DNA of 64,000 nt from Lama guanicoe (Eukaryota), in contig MU053881.1 of NCBI GenBank assembly GCA_013239625.1, positions 1,426,001 through 1,490,000 on the forward strand, given 5' to 3'. The first letter of the stretch is position 1; every line of letters starts with the position of its first letter. The notes under the pieces are model-generated. The model searched no databases, was not told the DNA's origin, and saw only the letters and a list, made by a program, of their open reading frames with translations. The translations under genes were made by a program, and so were the position numbers. Positions 11,801-24,519 of this stretch are shown in pieces.

Positions 11801-12929
11801 GTTCAAAGCCCTGAGGCCGAGGCTCTGAAGGGAATGGGGCCCTAAGGAAAAAATCCAGCAGACAAAGGATGGCGTGGAGGAGGCGCCGGCTCCCCGCTTA
11901 CAAGTGCACGCACCTCCTGACGTGGTGCTTTGTGAAGAATGTCCTTAGGTGAGACGCTGTGTGTCCCCAGGGGAGTGGGGGCAGTGGGTGACTGGGGGCA
12001 GAGCAGAGTGGCTGTGCCACCGACAGAAGGACTGGACGGTGACTTCACTCCTGGGTGTCAGTACCGTCCTTGGCGTGCCCGTCACACAGGCGGGGTAGAA
12101 GCAGCCCCTGATGGCCCGAGTGCCTGCCGGAGGGTCAGCTGTATGTTAATAGCTGTGACCCTGGGCCCCACTGTGCCCTGCGGGCGGGGGGGCATGGTCT
12201 GGCATTTACTGTGTTTGTGTAAGGGGTGGGGGCCTCAGAGAGGACGGGGTGCCTCCGAGGAAGACCAGGAGCAGCCGCTCAAGAGTGACCCCCCCCGCCC
12301 CCCGCAGCTCCCCCAGGGCAGCACTTGGGCGTAATTTCCAGGGGGACAAGGTAGCGCCTCCAGGCCCCAACCCCCAAGCCGGTCTGCTCCCTGAAAGTGT
12401 CCATCCTCTCCTCTTGCCCCCTCCCCCTTGGGATCCAGGAGCAACACCAGGGGCTGAGGGGGGAGGGTCTGTGAGGATCAAGTTCTTTTACCCCAGGCCT
12501 GCTGGCGGGTATAGAAGACGCGCCAGGCGCACATGTGGGGTGAGGGTGCGTGGCGGGGAGCGGCAGGGCGCTAAACTCAGGCGGGAGAGGGCAGGGAACG
12601 CAGGGCGGATATGGTGGCCCAAGAAGGCGGGGTTGAGGGAGGGGCGAGGGAAGGGTGGAGAAGTGGGGGGACGATGCGTGCACCCAGGTGTGCGGGGGGC
12701 AGGGACTCTGAGCCCCTAGGTCTGGCTGTGGGGAGGTTCCAGGTCCTCCAGCCAGAATCCCCCAAGGGCTGACTCAGCGGGTCCTCAGGGCCTCCCTTAG
12801 GACTGTCGAGAAAGGCTCGTTTCCTGCCTAGAACGCACCCTTTTCTTCTTTCTGCGGGCCCCCACCTCCCCACAGGGCCCCCTTCCAGTCTTCTTAGCAG
12901 GCTGTCCTCCTTTGACTTAAAAAGACTAT

Positions 12930-15680
12930 TATTATAAAAGAAAACTATGCTTCTTAAAATAATCGTACTGTCCCCATCAAAAGTGTTCCCCTTGTACCCC
13001 ACTCCACTGCCCTGTCCGTCCCCGAGCCCTAGGTGTAAATATTTGGTCCGTTCAGCTTGCTATCTACGGGCCTATTTTGTGCTTCCACAAATACATTTGA
13101 ATTCTTACAGAAATAAAATAATGCGTGGTATTCTGCATTTTTTTTAAACTTCACAATATGAGGGTCAGTTCAATCTGAATGGGCTCCCGGGGCCCACGGA
13201 CCACCCTTACGTGGAGACCTGCTGAATTAAACACCAGGACGTGACTCAGGGTGGCTGGCTGGGGGGGTCTTTGCGGCTCCCAGCCCTCCCAGTCCCTCCC
13301 ACTCTGCCCCTACCACCCCTACCCTCACCCTGCCCCGAGCTCTGGGCCTGCCTTCCTGGACTTTTTTTTTCACATTTTCCTCCACACCAGCCGTTTTCAC
13401 TCTTTGCAACGTAAGTCTCCTGGTTTGTTTGCTGCCCCTTCTGATCCTGGCCTTTCTGTTCTTTCTCTGCGTCAGTCCATCTGAAGCCCCAGTGACAAGC
13501 GGACACGCGGCGGGGCTTCTGCGGGAGGTGCTAGAAAGGCAGTGGACACGCTCACACTTCGTATTCTGTGTCTCTGCGACCGTTCACAGCTTCTGTCACA
13601 TTAATATCAACATAGCTGCACCTCGGATTTGTTTTAGCTTTTTGGCAGAATAAGACTTAGCACAGGCACCAGCGCAGAGCCTGAGTGCGCAGCCTGGTGA
13701 CTTTCCAGACAGAACACACCTGTGTCCCGGTCAGGACGCAGCACGTGACCTGCCTCCGGAGACACCCCCCGCCCCTGCCCCCGCCCCGCTGCCCAAGGTA
13801 ACCACTCTCCCCGTGCCCCATGATAGACTAGCTTTGCCTGTTTTTGAACTTTCTACGAATGGAATCACACACTATAGTTTCTTTTCTTCAGCTGAGCGTT
13901 TGGGGATTTACCCGTGTGGCCACACTCAGTGGTGGATGGTTCGTTTATTTATTCATCGTATGGTTGTTGGGCGTTCGGATTGTTTCCAGTTTGGGGCTGT
14001 TATAAGCAATCTTGTATGTGTTTTGGCGAACATACGTAGGCATTTCTGTTGTGTTTAGACCTACAGTGGAATCGCTGGGCGTAAGGTATGCAGATGTTGC
14101 ATTTTAGTAACCAGCACCACATTGTTTCCCAAGGAAGGGGATACTTCCACCAAACGAGCATGAGAATTCCAGGTGCTTCGCGTCGTCACCACCGCGGGGC
14201 ACTTCCCATCAGTCTTGTTTCAGCCATCCTGGTGGCTGTGCGTGGCTGTGTCCAGAACGCCTCTTCCGTCCCATCATTCTGTGTGTCTATCCACGTGCCA
14301 GTCCCACTTTATTTTAATTACGAAGCTTTCGTGTCGATTTCAGGTCGTGTTTTGCCCTTTAGGACAGCCCCGGCTGTTCCTGGGCCTTTGCGATTTCACA
14401 CAAGTTTTACACCCTGTTTGCTGATTTCTGTGAAAACAACAACAAAAACCCCAACCCTGCTGAGACTTTGACTGAGATTCATTGAACCGAAAGTAATTCA
14501 GGAAGAAATGGCATCTTCACAAAACTGGGGACTTCGATTTGTGAAAATGGTGTATCACTCTAGTATTTGGGTCTAATTTAATTTTATTTGACAGTATTTT
14601 TATAGTTTTGAGTATAGAGATCCTGCACGCTTTATTAGATTTACGCCTAGGGATTTAATATTTTTTGATGCTGTTTTATTTTTTATTTTACTTTTTATTT
14701 AAATTTTGTTGGGAGGGAGATACTTAGGCTTATTTTATTTATTTACTTTTAACAGAGGTGCTGGGGATTGAACTCAGGACCTTGTGCAACGTGCATTCTA
14801 CCACCGAGCTATATCCACCCGGTGCTATTTTAAATAATAATATTTAAAAAATTGCTTTCTGTTTGTCACTGGTGATTTTTCATGTGGCCCTTGTTCGCAG
14901 TGTTCTTGCCACACTCACTGAACTCGAATAGTTGAATAGTCTTTTTGCGATTCTGTGTATCTTCTATCGTGTCATCTGTAAATAGAAGTTTTTGTTTTGT
15001 TTCCTGTCCTTACACCTTTTATTTCTTTTGCTGGACTCATTGCCTTGGCTAGGCTCTTCAGTGCTGCTGGAGAGAGTGATTGCCAGTGCCACAGCGAGCA
15101 TCCTGGTTTTGTAGCTGAACTCAGAGGGAACATTAAGTTTGAGTTGATGGTTTTGTATTCATTCATCAAGTTAAAGAAGTTCTCTTCTTAGTTTGCGGAG
15201 AGTTTCCTTTTTTTTAAGTTATGAGTGGATGTTAAGACTTGTCAAGTGATTTTTCTGCATTTAGGAGACGATTTTATGATATTTCTCCCTTTTTTTCTGT
15301 CAAAACGCTGAATTAAGAGGATTGATTTTAGAATGTTAACTACCCTTGTATTCCCAGAATAAGCCCCACTTGGACGGCTGTATTATTTTAATATGTTGCT
15401 GGATTCAATTTGCTAGCACTTTCTTTAGGAATTTTGCATCTGTCTTCATAAAGAGATGGCCTATAATTTTTCTTCCTTCTGTTGTCAGGTTTTGGTTTTC
15501 AAGGTTATGGTGGTCTCATAAAATGAGTTGGGAAATGTTACCCCTGATTCTGTTACCTGGAAGAATCAGTATAAGGTTTAATGTTGCTTCTTTCTTAAAC
15601 GTTTGGAAGAAATCACTAGTAAAGACATCCAGACCTAGGATTTTCTTTAGGTTTTAAATAATTTAATTAAATTGTTTGAA
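12930..15680 (-). mobile_element. Ancient L1M (L1ME-like) fragments: 3'UTR and ORF2 portions
   Basis: Antisense L1 motifs (TGTTTCCAGTTTGGGGCTGTTATAA, TTGCTGGATTCAATTTGCTAG, TCATAAAATGAGTTGGGAA); discontinuous, with a non-L1 gap near 13170-13640. Confidence 0.7.
14679..14820 (-). mobile_element. Vic-1-type SINE inserted in L1M
   Basis: GAGGTGCTGGGGATTGAACTCAGGACC...CTACCACCGAGCTATATCC; imperfect TSD GATGCTGTTTTA (14667-14678) / GGTGCTATTTTA (14821-14832). Confidence 0.85.
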
Positions 15681-15699
15681 TGGCTTTAGGACTCTGCTT

Positions 15700-16250
15700 C
15701 ATTTTTCAATAACAACTTTATTAAGATATAAAGTGTATACCATACAATTCATTTAAAGTATACAGTTCAGTGACTTGGGGTATATGCACACAATTGTGCA
15801 CCTGTCAGCACAGTTATTTTTAGAGCATCACTCCACACAGAAACCCAGTACCCCTTAGCTGTCATCTTCCAATCCCTCCATCACTCCCAGCCCCTGGCAA
15901 CCACTCACCTACATTTTGTCTTTCTCAGTCTGCCTGTTCTGGGCGTCTCCTACAAATGGAATCATAAATATGTGGCCTTTTGTGTTTGGCTTCTTTCACT
16001 TAGCACGCCTTCCAGGTTCATCCAGTGGCCTGTGTCAGTGCTTTATTCCTCTTTATGACTGAATAATATTCCACTGTATGGATATTCCGCATTTTGTTTG
16101 TCCATTCATCTGTTGATGGACATTTGGCTTTCCACTGTTTGGCTATAGTGAATAAAGCTGCTGTGAGCATCTGTGTACTAGTTTTTGTGGGAACATATGT
16201 CTTCATTTCTCTTGGTTATATACTTAGGAGTGGAATTGCTGACTCATGTG
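15700..16250 (-). mobile_element. L1MB-type 3' portion
   Basis: ORF 16018-16206 translates to L1 ORF2 C-terminus (AALFTIAKQWK..CPSTDEW..EYYS). Confidence 0.85.
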
Positions 16251-16364
16251 CTTCATTATATTTTATTGCTGAACCGTAATATGGAGATACCAGAGTGTAT
16301 TTAACAATTATGTTATTGATGGTCTTTAGATGTTTTCATTTTTGCTGTTAAACAACGCTCCAGG

Positions 16365-16660
16365 CAGGGCTGCTCAAAAATGTGGTTTGCGGATGGGTGC
16401 TGGCGTTTAAACTGTTTGTCACAGGTCCCTAACAAGATTTGGATAGAAACTGAGAATGTTTGGAAACTTTTAAAGCAGTTTATCCAGTGATTTTTATGTC
16501 TGTTGAATCTAAGAATTTGAAAAAAATGGGCTAGGACTTTTATGGGTTTTAAAATTTTATCTTTTACATCACTTCGTTGCATTTCACAAAAGTATCGTCC
16601 CCTGACAGACGAGGTCAGAATGAAAAAAAGACAGCTGGTCCTCTGCCACAGGTAGGCACT
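16365..16660. mobile_element. hAT-Charlie non-autonomous DNA transposon remnant
   Basis: CAGGGCTGCTCAAAAATGTGGT start and TTTTATGTCTGTTGAATCTAA internal motif recalled from Charlie-type MITEs. Confidence 0.55.
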
Positions 16661-16809
16661 ACACCTGCCTGGCCGTGTGTGTTGCTGTCGGAACAGCGGG
16701 CTGGAGCCACACTCAGAAGAATGAGAACAAGCTGTTTGAGACTAGACTGCAACAAGGAAGAGGGAGCCCGTCACCTCAGGTCCTCTGCAGGAGTGAGGAT
16801 GATAAATTG

Positions 16810-17225
16810 TAATACAGATGAGTGGGTAAACAGAAGGCAGTATTTACACGTAATGGAATATTATTAAGTGGTAAAAAGGAAGGAAATTCTGACCTGTGTT
16901 GCAACGTGGATGAACCTGGGGGACTTTATGCTAATAAACTAAGCCAGTCACAGCAGGACAGCTGTGTGATTCTGTGTATATGAGCTCCCTGGGGTAGACT
17001 AAGAGGCGGAAAGTAGAACGGTGGGTGCCGGGGGCTGGGGGAGGGGAAAATGAGAAGTTGTTTAATGGATTCAGAGTTTCAGTTGGGATGATGAGAATGT
17101 TCTGGAGATGGATGGTGATGGTGGTTCCACGACAGTGTGAAGGTGTGTCATGCCACCGAGCTGTACACTTAAAAATGGTAAATTTCGCGTTACCTATGCT
17201 TTACCACCGCCAACACAACAAAAAA
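16810..17225 (+). mobile_element. L1MB-type 3' end
   Basis: AGATGAGTGGGTAAAC...AATGGAATATTAT...GAGTTTCAGTTGGGATGATG...CACTTAAAAATGGT. Confidence 0.85.
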
Positions 17226-17269
17226 AGTTTCATTTCTGTAAACTCAGAGCCTCCCGGTTCTCCAGTCAC

Positions 17270-17410
17270 CAGGATAGCCACAATCTCATTTATCCTTACA
17301 ACTACCCTATAAGGTGGGCATCTCCCCACTTTACAGGATGGGAAAGTTAGTCTCAGGGAGGGTAAGTGATTTGCTCCAGTGATGCAGGGGTTAAGTAAGA
17401 GAGCACCAGA
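17270..17410 (-). mobile_element. MIR SINE
   Basis: TCCTTACAACTACCCTATAAGGTGG...CCCCACTTTACAGGATGGGAAA. Confidence 0.65.
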
Positions 17411-17433
17411 GGGCTTCCAGCCATGAACCTCAT

Positions 17434-17797
17434 TGTCTTAATCTGTTCAGGCTGCAATAACAAAGTACCATTCACGGGGGGCTTAAAAACCAGAAATCTA
17501 CTCATAGTTCTGGAGTCTGGAAGCCCAAGATCAGAGTACCAGATGGCCGGGTTCTGATGGAGACCCCTGCCTGGCTCGCAGACAGCTGCCTTGCTGTGTG
17601 CTCGCTTGGTGGAGGAGGGAGTTCTAGTCGCTTCCTCCCCTTATAAGGACGCTAATCCCACCGTAATGCCCTACCCTCTTGACCTCGTCTAAACCTAATC
17701 ACCCCTGCAAAGGCCCCACCTCCAGATACCATCGTGTTGGGGGTTAGGGCTTCAAAGTGTGAATTTGGGGGAGACACAAACATTCAATCCTTTATAC
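17434..17797 (-). mobile_element. MLT1A-like MaLR solo LTR
   Basis: TGTCTTAATCTGTTCAGGCTGC...AAGGCCCCACCTCCAGATACCATC...GAATTTGGGGGAGACACAAACATTCA. Confidence 0.85.
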
Positions 17798-17799
17798 CC

Positions 17800-17950
17800 A
17801 TTCACTTGCACGTGGCTTTGGGCAAGTCCCTGCAATCCCTCGAGACTCAGTTTCCCCATCTGTGAAATGGGGACCTTAATAGCCTGCCAACTCTTACAGG
17901 GTTATCATAGGGCTCAAGTGGAGTGACAGGTGCAGACGCCTTTATAAGCT
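17800..17950 (+). mobile_element. MIR SINE
   Basis: CTTTGGGCAAGTCC...CTCAGTTTCCCCATCTGTGAAATGGGG. Confidence 0.75.
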
Positions 17951-18122
17951 GCGACTCGGAGGAGCTTGGACTTGTCTGAGTCTGTGTTTCCAGAGCTGTT
18001 CCCTCCGGCCACCTTGGAGGCCTGTCGGCTGAGTGCCCGTGGCGTTAGAAGGAAGGGTGCCCTGCTGCCTCATCCCTGCAAGGGGGCTCCGAAAAAGGGC
18101 CCTTTCCATCCCCATGGTTTTT

Positions 18123-18272
18123 TATTTGTTTTTATTTTTTAATTGAAGTAGAGTCGGTTTGCAATGCTGTGTTAACTTCTGGGGCACAGCATAGTGATTC
18201 AGTTGTGCATAAACACATATTCCTGATCACACTGGTTTTCATTATAGGCTATTACAAGGTATTAAACATGGT
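18123..18272 (-). mobile_element. Young L1 3' end with TSD
   Basis: AATTGAAGTAGAGTCGGTTTGCAATG...; TSD CATCCC(C/T)ATG(G/T)TTTTT at 18107-18122 and 18273-18288. Confidence 0.85.
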
Positions 18273-18949
18273 CATCCCTATGTTTTTTAGACTAAAGCAG
18301 CCACAAAGTAAGTCGTCTTCCAGGGGCTTCGCCCCAGGTATTGGAGGTTCCTGATTATTTTGAAAGGGACAGTGCTAAATCATGGACAGGTAAACAAAGT
18401 CAGCAAAAAATGTGTCTGCTGCAAAGCTCTTTGTCGGAGCCCTCAGCTTTTCAATTCTGCATGGGGTGACCTCAGGCCTTGGCGGGGTCAGAACCAGCGA
18501 TGGGGGCGTCTGAGTGCGCCTGCCCGTATCAGCAGATGACACGCCCCCGCCAGCCTGCATGCCCCGGGGCCGCCTCTGTCCTGGTTGTTAGCTGGGGGCT
18601 GTGCCATCAGTCTCGCCGCATCTCCGGGGGCTTTGGCAGCCCCTGGCTGGTCTGGTGTAGCTCAGTGACTGCAGGGCTGAGAGGACCACCAGGGACCTTT
18701 TATCCTTCACAGGCCAGAGGGAGTGTGTGCGATGCCAGGGCCGGCCTGGGTCAGCTTGGAAGGCTGAGGATGAGCACGGGCCAGCTTGCTGTGGATAGGT
18801 GAACAATTTGGCAGCAAGTGGGGCAGCGGGGAGCTCTCTCAGCTTGGCCCCTGGAGTTGCAGCTCAGTAACAGGGTTTTTGGCAACAGCAGCAAAAGAAG
18901 TTGGAAACAACACAGTAGGAGCTTTGAATCCAGTGCCATTTGGAAGCCA

Positions 18950-19200
18950 GTGTTATCAGTTAGGCATGCATTTGGCTGCAGATAACAGAGACCCTCATTT
19001 AAACACATGGGGATTTATTTTACGTGCAGGATAATTCCGGAGGCAGGCAGGCAGTCCATGGCTGGTGCGGCTGCTCCGGGATGTTTCCGGAAGCCAGAAT
19101 CTTTTTATCTTTCTATCCTTCCATCCTCAGCAGCTGGCCTTCATCTTCACAGAGAGGTCAGGGAGAAGGGAGACAGAATGCGGGCCGGGTCAGCCCCAGG
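18950..19200 (-). mobile_element. Old MLT1 (J/K-like) LTR fragment
   Basis: CAGTTAGG...TTTGGCTGCAGATAACAGAGACCC...GGAGGCAGGCAG...TCCATGGCTGGTG. Confidence 0.55.
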
Positions 19201-19347
19201 CAGACAGTGCAAAGGGCGCTCACTCGCAGTCCAGAGGTCTGGGCCCACGGGCTACTCCGGGTCACCTTGGGGCAAGTCACTTCCATCATCTGGACTTTTT
19301 CTCGCCTGTCAGATGTTGAACTATATTATCTCTAAAGTCGGTTCCAT

Positions 19348-19828
19348 TGTCTCAGTTATCTATCTGGGTTCTGTTTTGTTTTGTTTTACAAACTGCCTCT
19401 AAACCTTCTGGCTTAAAAATGTCTGTTCTGTTCATGAATCTGCAATTTCCGTAGGGCTCGGCGAGGACAGCTGGTCTCTGCTCCGTCCAGTGCTGGCTGG
19501 GGGGCTGGGGTGGCCTGAAGCTCACTCTGCATCTAGCAGGGGCTGCTGGGGCTTGTCTGGGACGTTAGTTGGTGCTGTGGCTGGACATCTGCACCCAGAC
19601 TTCCACGTGGCTGCTTGGCTTCCTCACAATGTGGTCACTGGGTTCTAAGGGTGAGTGTCCCAGGAGAAAGCCAGGAGAGGCCGAGGGGGCTTTTCTAACT
19701 GGCCGGTGATGTCACGTGAAGTCACTCCTGCCATGTCCTCTTTCCCTGTTCAGAAGAAGCAGGCGGATGTCAGACGTTCCTTTCAAGGGAGGAGCGTTGA
19801 AGAATTTGTGGACACGTGAAAACCACCA
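19348..19828 (-). mobile_element. MLT1 (G/H-like) solo LTR
   Basis: CAGTTATCTAT...CATGAATCTGCAATT...CCACGTGGCTGCTTGGCTTCCTCACAATGTGG...AAAACCACCA. Confidence 0.7.
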
Positions 19829-20324
19829 GGCTCCTGTAGGTTTCAGACTCAAAGTTCCTCTTCTTCTGTGCCTCCTCTCACTGTCCTGGAAGACAAGGGA
19901 GGCTGCTTCTCGGGGCAAGGACTACAGATGAACTGTTACGGAAAAGGTTTAGTAGTCACGGGCTGCTTTGGGGGCAGCCCTGGCCTGACCTCCGAGGGGC
20001 CGGGACTGGGGCCTTCTTCAGTTTGAAAAGTGCACGAGACTTAGTTCATTTTGAGACTTGCTCCCTGGCAACCCGGGACTTGAGAATACTCGAACAGCAG
20101 CCTTTGAAAGTAGGCGGTCTTTTAACAGTTCACCAACAAGGGTTCACTGGCCATTTCTGAAGCGCCCGGCGCTGTGCTGGGCCTGCGCTCCTTGCCTGAA
20201 GAATTTCTAGTTTTATTGGGGAGACGGACAACTGGGGACGCCCCCACCTCGCCCAGCCAGCCGTATCTGATTTCAGTCTGTCCCCAGTGTCCACCCTGGG
20301 CTTGGCGTAGAGACAGCGTTGGTT

Positions 20325-21200
20325 ACCGTATTGGTCAGTGACTGAACCTTGACCTGAAATGGCTTGGCTAAACAACAAACACAAAGATTTTGTTTGTTTG
20401 CTTTGGGTTTGAGTAACTGGAGAGAACCAGGGGTGGCTCTCTGACTTCGGGCACACCTGGGTCCCTGGACTCCAGTGATGACGTAGAGTCTTCCCCCCGC
20501 ACCTGTGTGTCAGACGGCACGCCGCAGGCCCCGGTGGGCCAGGCCGCCGCGTTTTCATGCTGTGTGTAGCTCCCTCCAGCACTGACTCTGAGCTCAGCTT
20601 GTGCAGTTTGCTCTGGCCACGTGGAGGTTAGCAGGTGTGATACCAGGAGAGGCCCAATGAGCTGCTAGCACGCTGGGGCTGGTCTTCATGGAGCCCGGCC
20701 ATCCAGCTCTGAAGAGCTCGGGGCTAGACTGCTGGAGAACGGAAGGCCACGTTGACAGAGACCTACCTTGCAGGACGAGCCATCTCAGACCAGCTCTCAA
20801 CTGAATGCAGCCACACGAGTGACCTCAGCCACCACCCCGAGTCATAAAACCCCTCAGCTTAGCCCGGGGAATCCACGGAATGACGAGAAATCATAAATGG
20901 ATGCTTTAGGACCCCAGGTTTTGGGACACGTGGTTACGTGACCACAGGTAACTATTACATCCTCTCTAAGTGATGGCAGGGCAGCTGCCGACGACTCCAG
21001 GCTGAGAAATCCCAGTAGACACCGAATACCGTTTTTCGATGGGATTAATTCTCATTTAGCAAATGCAAGTCACTTGGAACCAGACACTATGGCCGAGAGG
21101 TGAAGACCAGGCCGGAGATGTGAGCCCATCCTTGTAGGCAGGGGGTGTTGGGTCAATCCCACCCAACCCGTGAACTGGGGTACAGTGGGAGAGTGGGGAC
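20325..21200. mobile_element. Nested old MLT1 LTR fragments (plus-strand MLT1G/H-like at ~20640-20960 within a minus-strand MLT1K-like copy)
   Basis: CTGAATGCAGCCACACGAGTGACC...GAGAAATCATAAATGG...GGTAACTATTACA; flanks carry AATGGCTTGGCTAAACAAC. Confidence 0.5.
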
Positions 21201-21630
21201 TTCCCAGTCAGAATCATCAACAGATAACCTGCACGGGGAGGGCGCTGGGTGGGTGAGGGCGTGAACGAGTAACGATGAGTGTGGGCTGAGTCGAGGAAGA
21301 ATTTTGAGAAGGGCTAATATTTAAGTCAGGACGTGTCAGGAGTCAGGGACAAGGGTTTCTAAGTGGCAGGCAAGCTGAGGCGTAGAACAGGAGACAGGAG
21401 AACGCCCAGACGTGGGACTCAGGGTCCTGGGTAAGTGACAGCTGGGTGAGGATGCCGGACAGATCGGCCACCACACTCGGAGAGGGTCAGATGTCTCAGC
21501 CGAAAGCGCTGTGTTTGCTGGGACTCCAAATATATTTTAGGCTTTTTCTCCCGATGGGAAAATTCACTTGTATGTTCGGAAAAGTGTCCAGGTGTTTCTG
21601 ATCCATTTACACTCAAGTCATCAGTGTTGG

Positions 21631-21649
21631 GTGTGTGTTTCTGTGTGTG

Positions 21650-21688
<39 letters not shown>
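21631..21688. repeat. (TG)n microsatellite, interrupted
   Basis: Direct inspection. Confidence 0.95.
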
Positions 21689-21689
<1 letters not shown>

Positions 21690-23347
21690 TAAATGTGGGA
21701 AGCTATTTAATGTCCAACAAATCCTGGAAACGTTCTGTTTTGGCACTTGCCGCCGCAGACTGTTTGTCTGGGGAATAGGAGGCTGCATTTGGCTGGGCCG
21801 AGCTGCCGTCAGCTGTCCCAGGCTTACAGCAAAGAGGAGCGGCCTGAGCCCTCCTGAGGCCACAATGTCCAGGCTGCTCAGGGGCCGAGCAGGGGCTCTG
21901 AGTGGCGGCTTGTGGTGGCCGGGCTGCCGGCCCCAGGGGAGCCCTCACAGGGGACACACAGTTGTCACAGGTCTTCGCAGAGGCCTGGCACCCTCCCCCA
22001 ACTCCAGTTGGTCACTGAGGCATGAGGACAGTTTGTACCCAGTGATCTGCCCGGTGCAAGCTTGTGACACACCAGCCACGCGGGCCAGCCACCTCCCGGA
22101 AATAGAACGGGGTAGGTGCTGGTCTCACTGAAGATGGAGGGAGCCCCAGGGGCCTGCTGGGGCTGGCAGACACCCAGCAATGGGGGGCGGGGCGCGGCCG
22201 CTGATCTCAGGACAGACAAATGGACATGTGGAGACGGCCACAGCTGCTCCTCGATGGGGAGGCAGGAGGCGGGGAGGGATGAGCACAGAAGGACAAGTTC
22301 AAGCCTCAGGGTGAGTGAGGCTCAGCTCAGACCAGCGCTGGGGTGTCCTCCTGGCCACTCCTCGCTGTTCTCACTCCTGCTGGCCCCCCTGCTGTCCTCA
22401 CCCCTCTGGGCTGCACCTCTGGCAACCGACACCCCACCTTTTTGATTTGGCTTTGACCCTTCCTGCACTGGAGGCCCTCCAGGCACGGCTCAGCTCCTGG
22501 ACCCAGCCCCTCCCTCCCTCCCTGCCTGGCCCCAGGTGGCCGGGGCAGCCGCTGCGTCCCGGGGGACTTGGCTGAACGAGGCCATCTTCCTGGACAGCAG
22601 CAGTGTGAGGATGCGTGAAGATGAGAGCAGTTTTGCACGTTGTTTAATATAATAAACAGGAGTCCAGGGCGCAGGAGGACCGAATTGTTCTTTCACCCTC
22701 ACTGCGGCCATTTATCCACCTGCGTCTGGGCAGCAGCTGAGTCTGAACCCTCATTTCAGGGTTCAAGCCCTTTGTGGCCAGCCTGACCCCCTCTGTATCG
22801 CAGCCCTCAAACAGCAGTGGAAACACCCATTGCAGACTCACCGGCCCTCATTGCCCCCCAGAAGCTGCGCGCCTGCGTTGGGGCTCTTTTTACTGCAAGT
22901 GCTGGGAGCATAGCTCACACTGGCTTAAGCATCAAAGGAGCTTTGCTGGGCTCTGGGAATTCTGGTCTCGGGAGCAGTTGACACCCCCCTGGGGGGTTTG
23001 CCTTTCCCTCGGCTCTGTGTTCCCTTGGTGGCTTGGCTCTCAGGCAGGTTCTTCCCCTGTGAGGGCGGTGACCGCCCCGCCAGCTCCAAGCCCACATCCT
23101 ACCAGATGTGTGGCCCCAGTGGTCCCAGCAGGATCCTGCAAGGGACACTGATGCAGCCGCCGCCATGCGTCCCCCAAACCTGTCACTGTAGCTGAGAGGA
23201 TGTGCGGCTTTGCTTGGCCAGGTCTGGGTCCTGTGCCCACCCTCAGGTCAGGGGATGGGATCAACCCCACCCACGCCCACGTGGGCTGAACACGGCTAGG
23301 GCGTGGCTCTGCAGAGGAGCTTGGGGTGCTACCGAAAGAATGGGAGG

Positions 23348-23578
23348 AAGTAATGCCGTTTGCAGCAACATGGATGGACCTAAAGATTCTCATACTAAGT
23401 GAAGTCAGACAAATACCACATCATATCACTTGTATGTGGAATCTTACAAAATGATACAAATGAACTGATTTACAAAGCATAAACAGATTCACAGGCATAG
23501 AAAACAAACTTATGGTTACCAAAGGGGAAAGGGGGAGTTCGGGATTAGCAGGAGGCAAAAAAAAAAAGAAAAAAAGAA
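23348..23578 (+). mobile_element. Young L1 fragment truncated at both ends, with A tail and 13-bp TSD
   Basis: AATGCCGTTTGCAGCAACATGGATGGACC...GGTTACCAAAGGGG...GGGATTAGCAGG then A tail; TSD AAAGAATGGGAGG at 23335-23347 and 23579-23591. Confidence 0.9.
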
Positions 23579-24519
23579 AAAGAATGGGAGGCGCACTGGG
23601 AAGGTGAGACCGGCAGATGTGATTCCAACGCCTGCCCCCACCCGGGTGCCGTTCCTTCTTGCCCCATCCCTGAATCTGCCCTCTCTCCTCTGAGTTCTCC
23701 CAAGCTCACCTCCTCCAGGAAGCCATCTCTGATTACATCAGCCCTCTGTGTTTTCTTCTTCCCAGAACCCCCAGGCTTTGTCAGGCCTGCCTATGCAGTG
23801 TTTATTACCTCAAGCTGTTACCATCTTCAGCTTTATATGCGTTTGGGTTTTTGTCCCACGTTCACGGTGAGGTCTTTGAGGGCAGGATTTAAGACAGCTC
23901 TATCCCGAAGGCGTCTGACATGGTAAAGAGCTTTGGACATTTCTCTAGGGCTTCTGCTCCTAGCCTGTGCCCTGCTCATAGCACATTTGGCCTGATCTTC
24001 ATTTCATTTTTCTGCGTTGATGAAGCTTTTCATGTGAGCCTTTGACACACCATCTTTTCGCACTTTGCACCAGTTTTATTAGGCAAAGCCTTAGGATCCC
24101 GGGGTTTACACCGCTGTTGTCACCTGTCCTGCCTTGCCTTGTGGGCTTAGTCAAGGTACTTATCCTCTTGTTGGCTTACCTTCTTCATCTTTACAATGGG
24201 GAGAACGCTTCCCCTACAGTCACACGGACGGAACAGACAAGGTACATGAAAATGACAGCAGAGTGCTGGGCTGAATGAATGAGTGAGTGAGTGAGTGAAC
24301 TGGCCAGTCAGATGAGCCACACAGCATGTGGGACTCTTGCCAGGGGACTCCGTGAGAGAAGAAAACCCTGTTTCATGGTGTGGAGGAGGCCTCAGTGTAG
24401 ACAGCAGGGCCCCGGCCAGGCTGGTCCAGAAGCTGGCCAGGTCTGCAGGACGATCAGCAGGTGTGGTCAGGGGGCCCCGCCTGGAGGAGAGGAGGAGGCT
24501 GGTAAGGCCCAGGAGCTGG

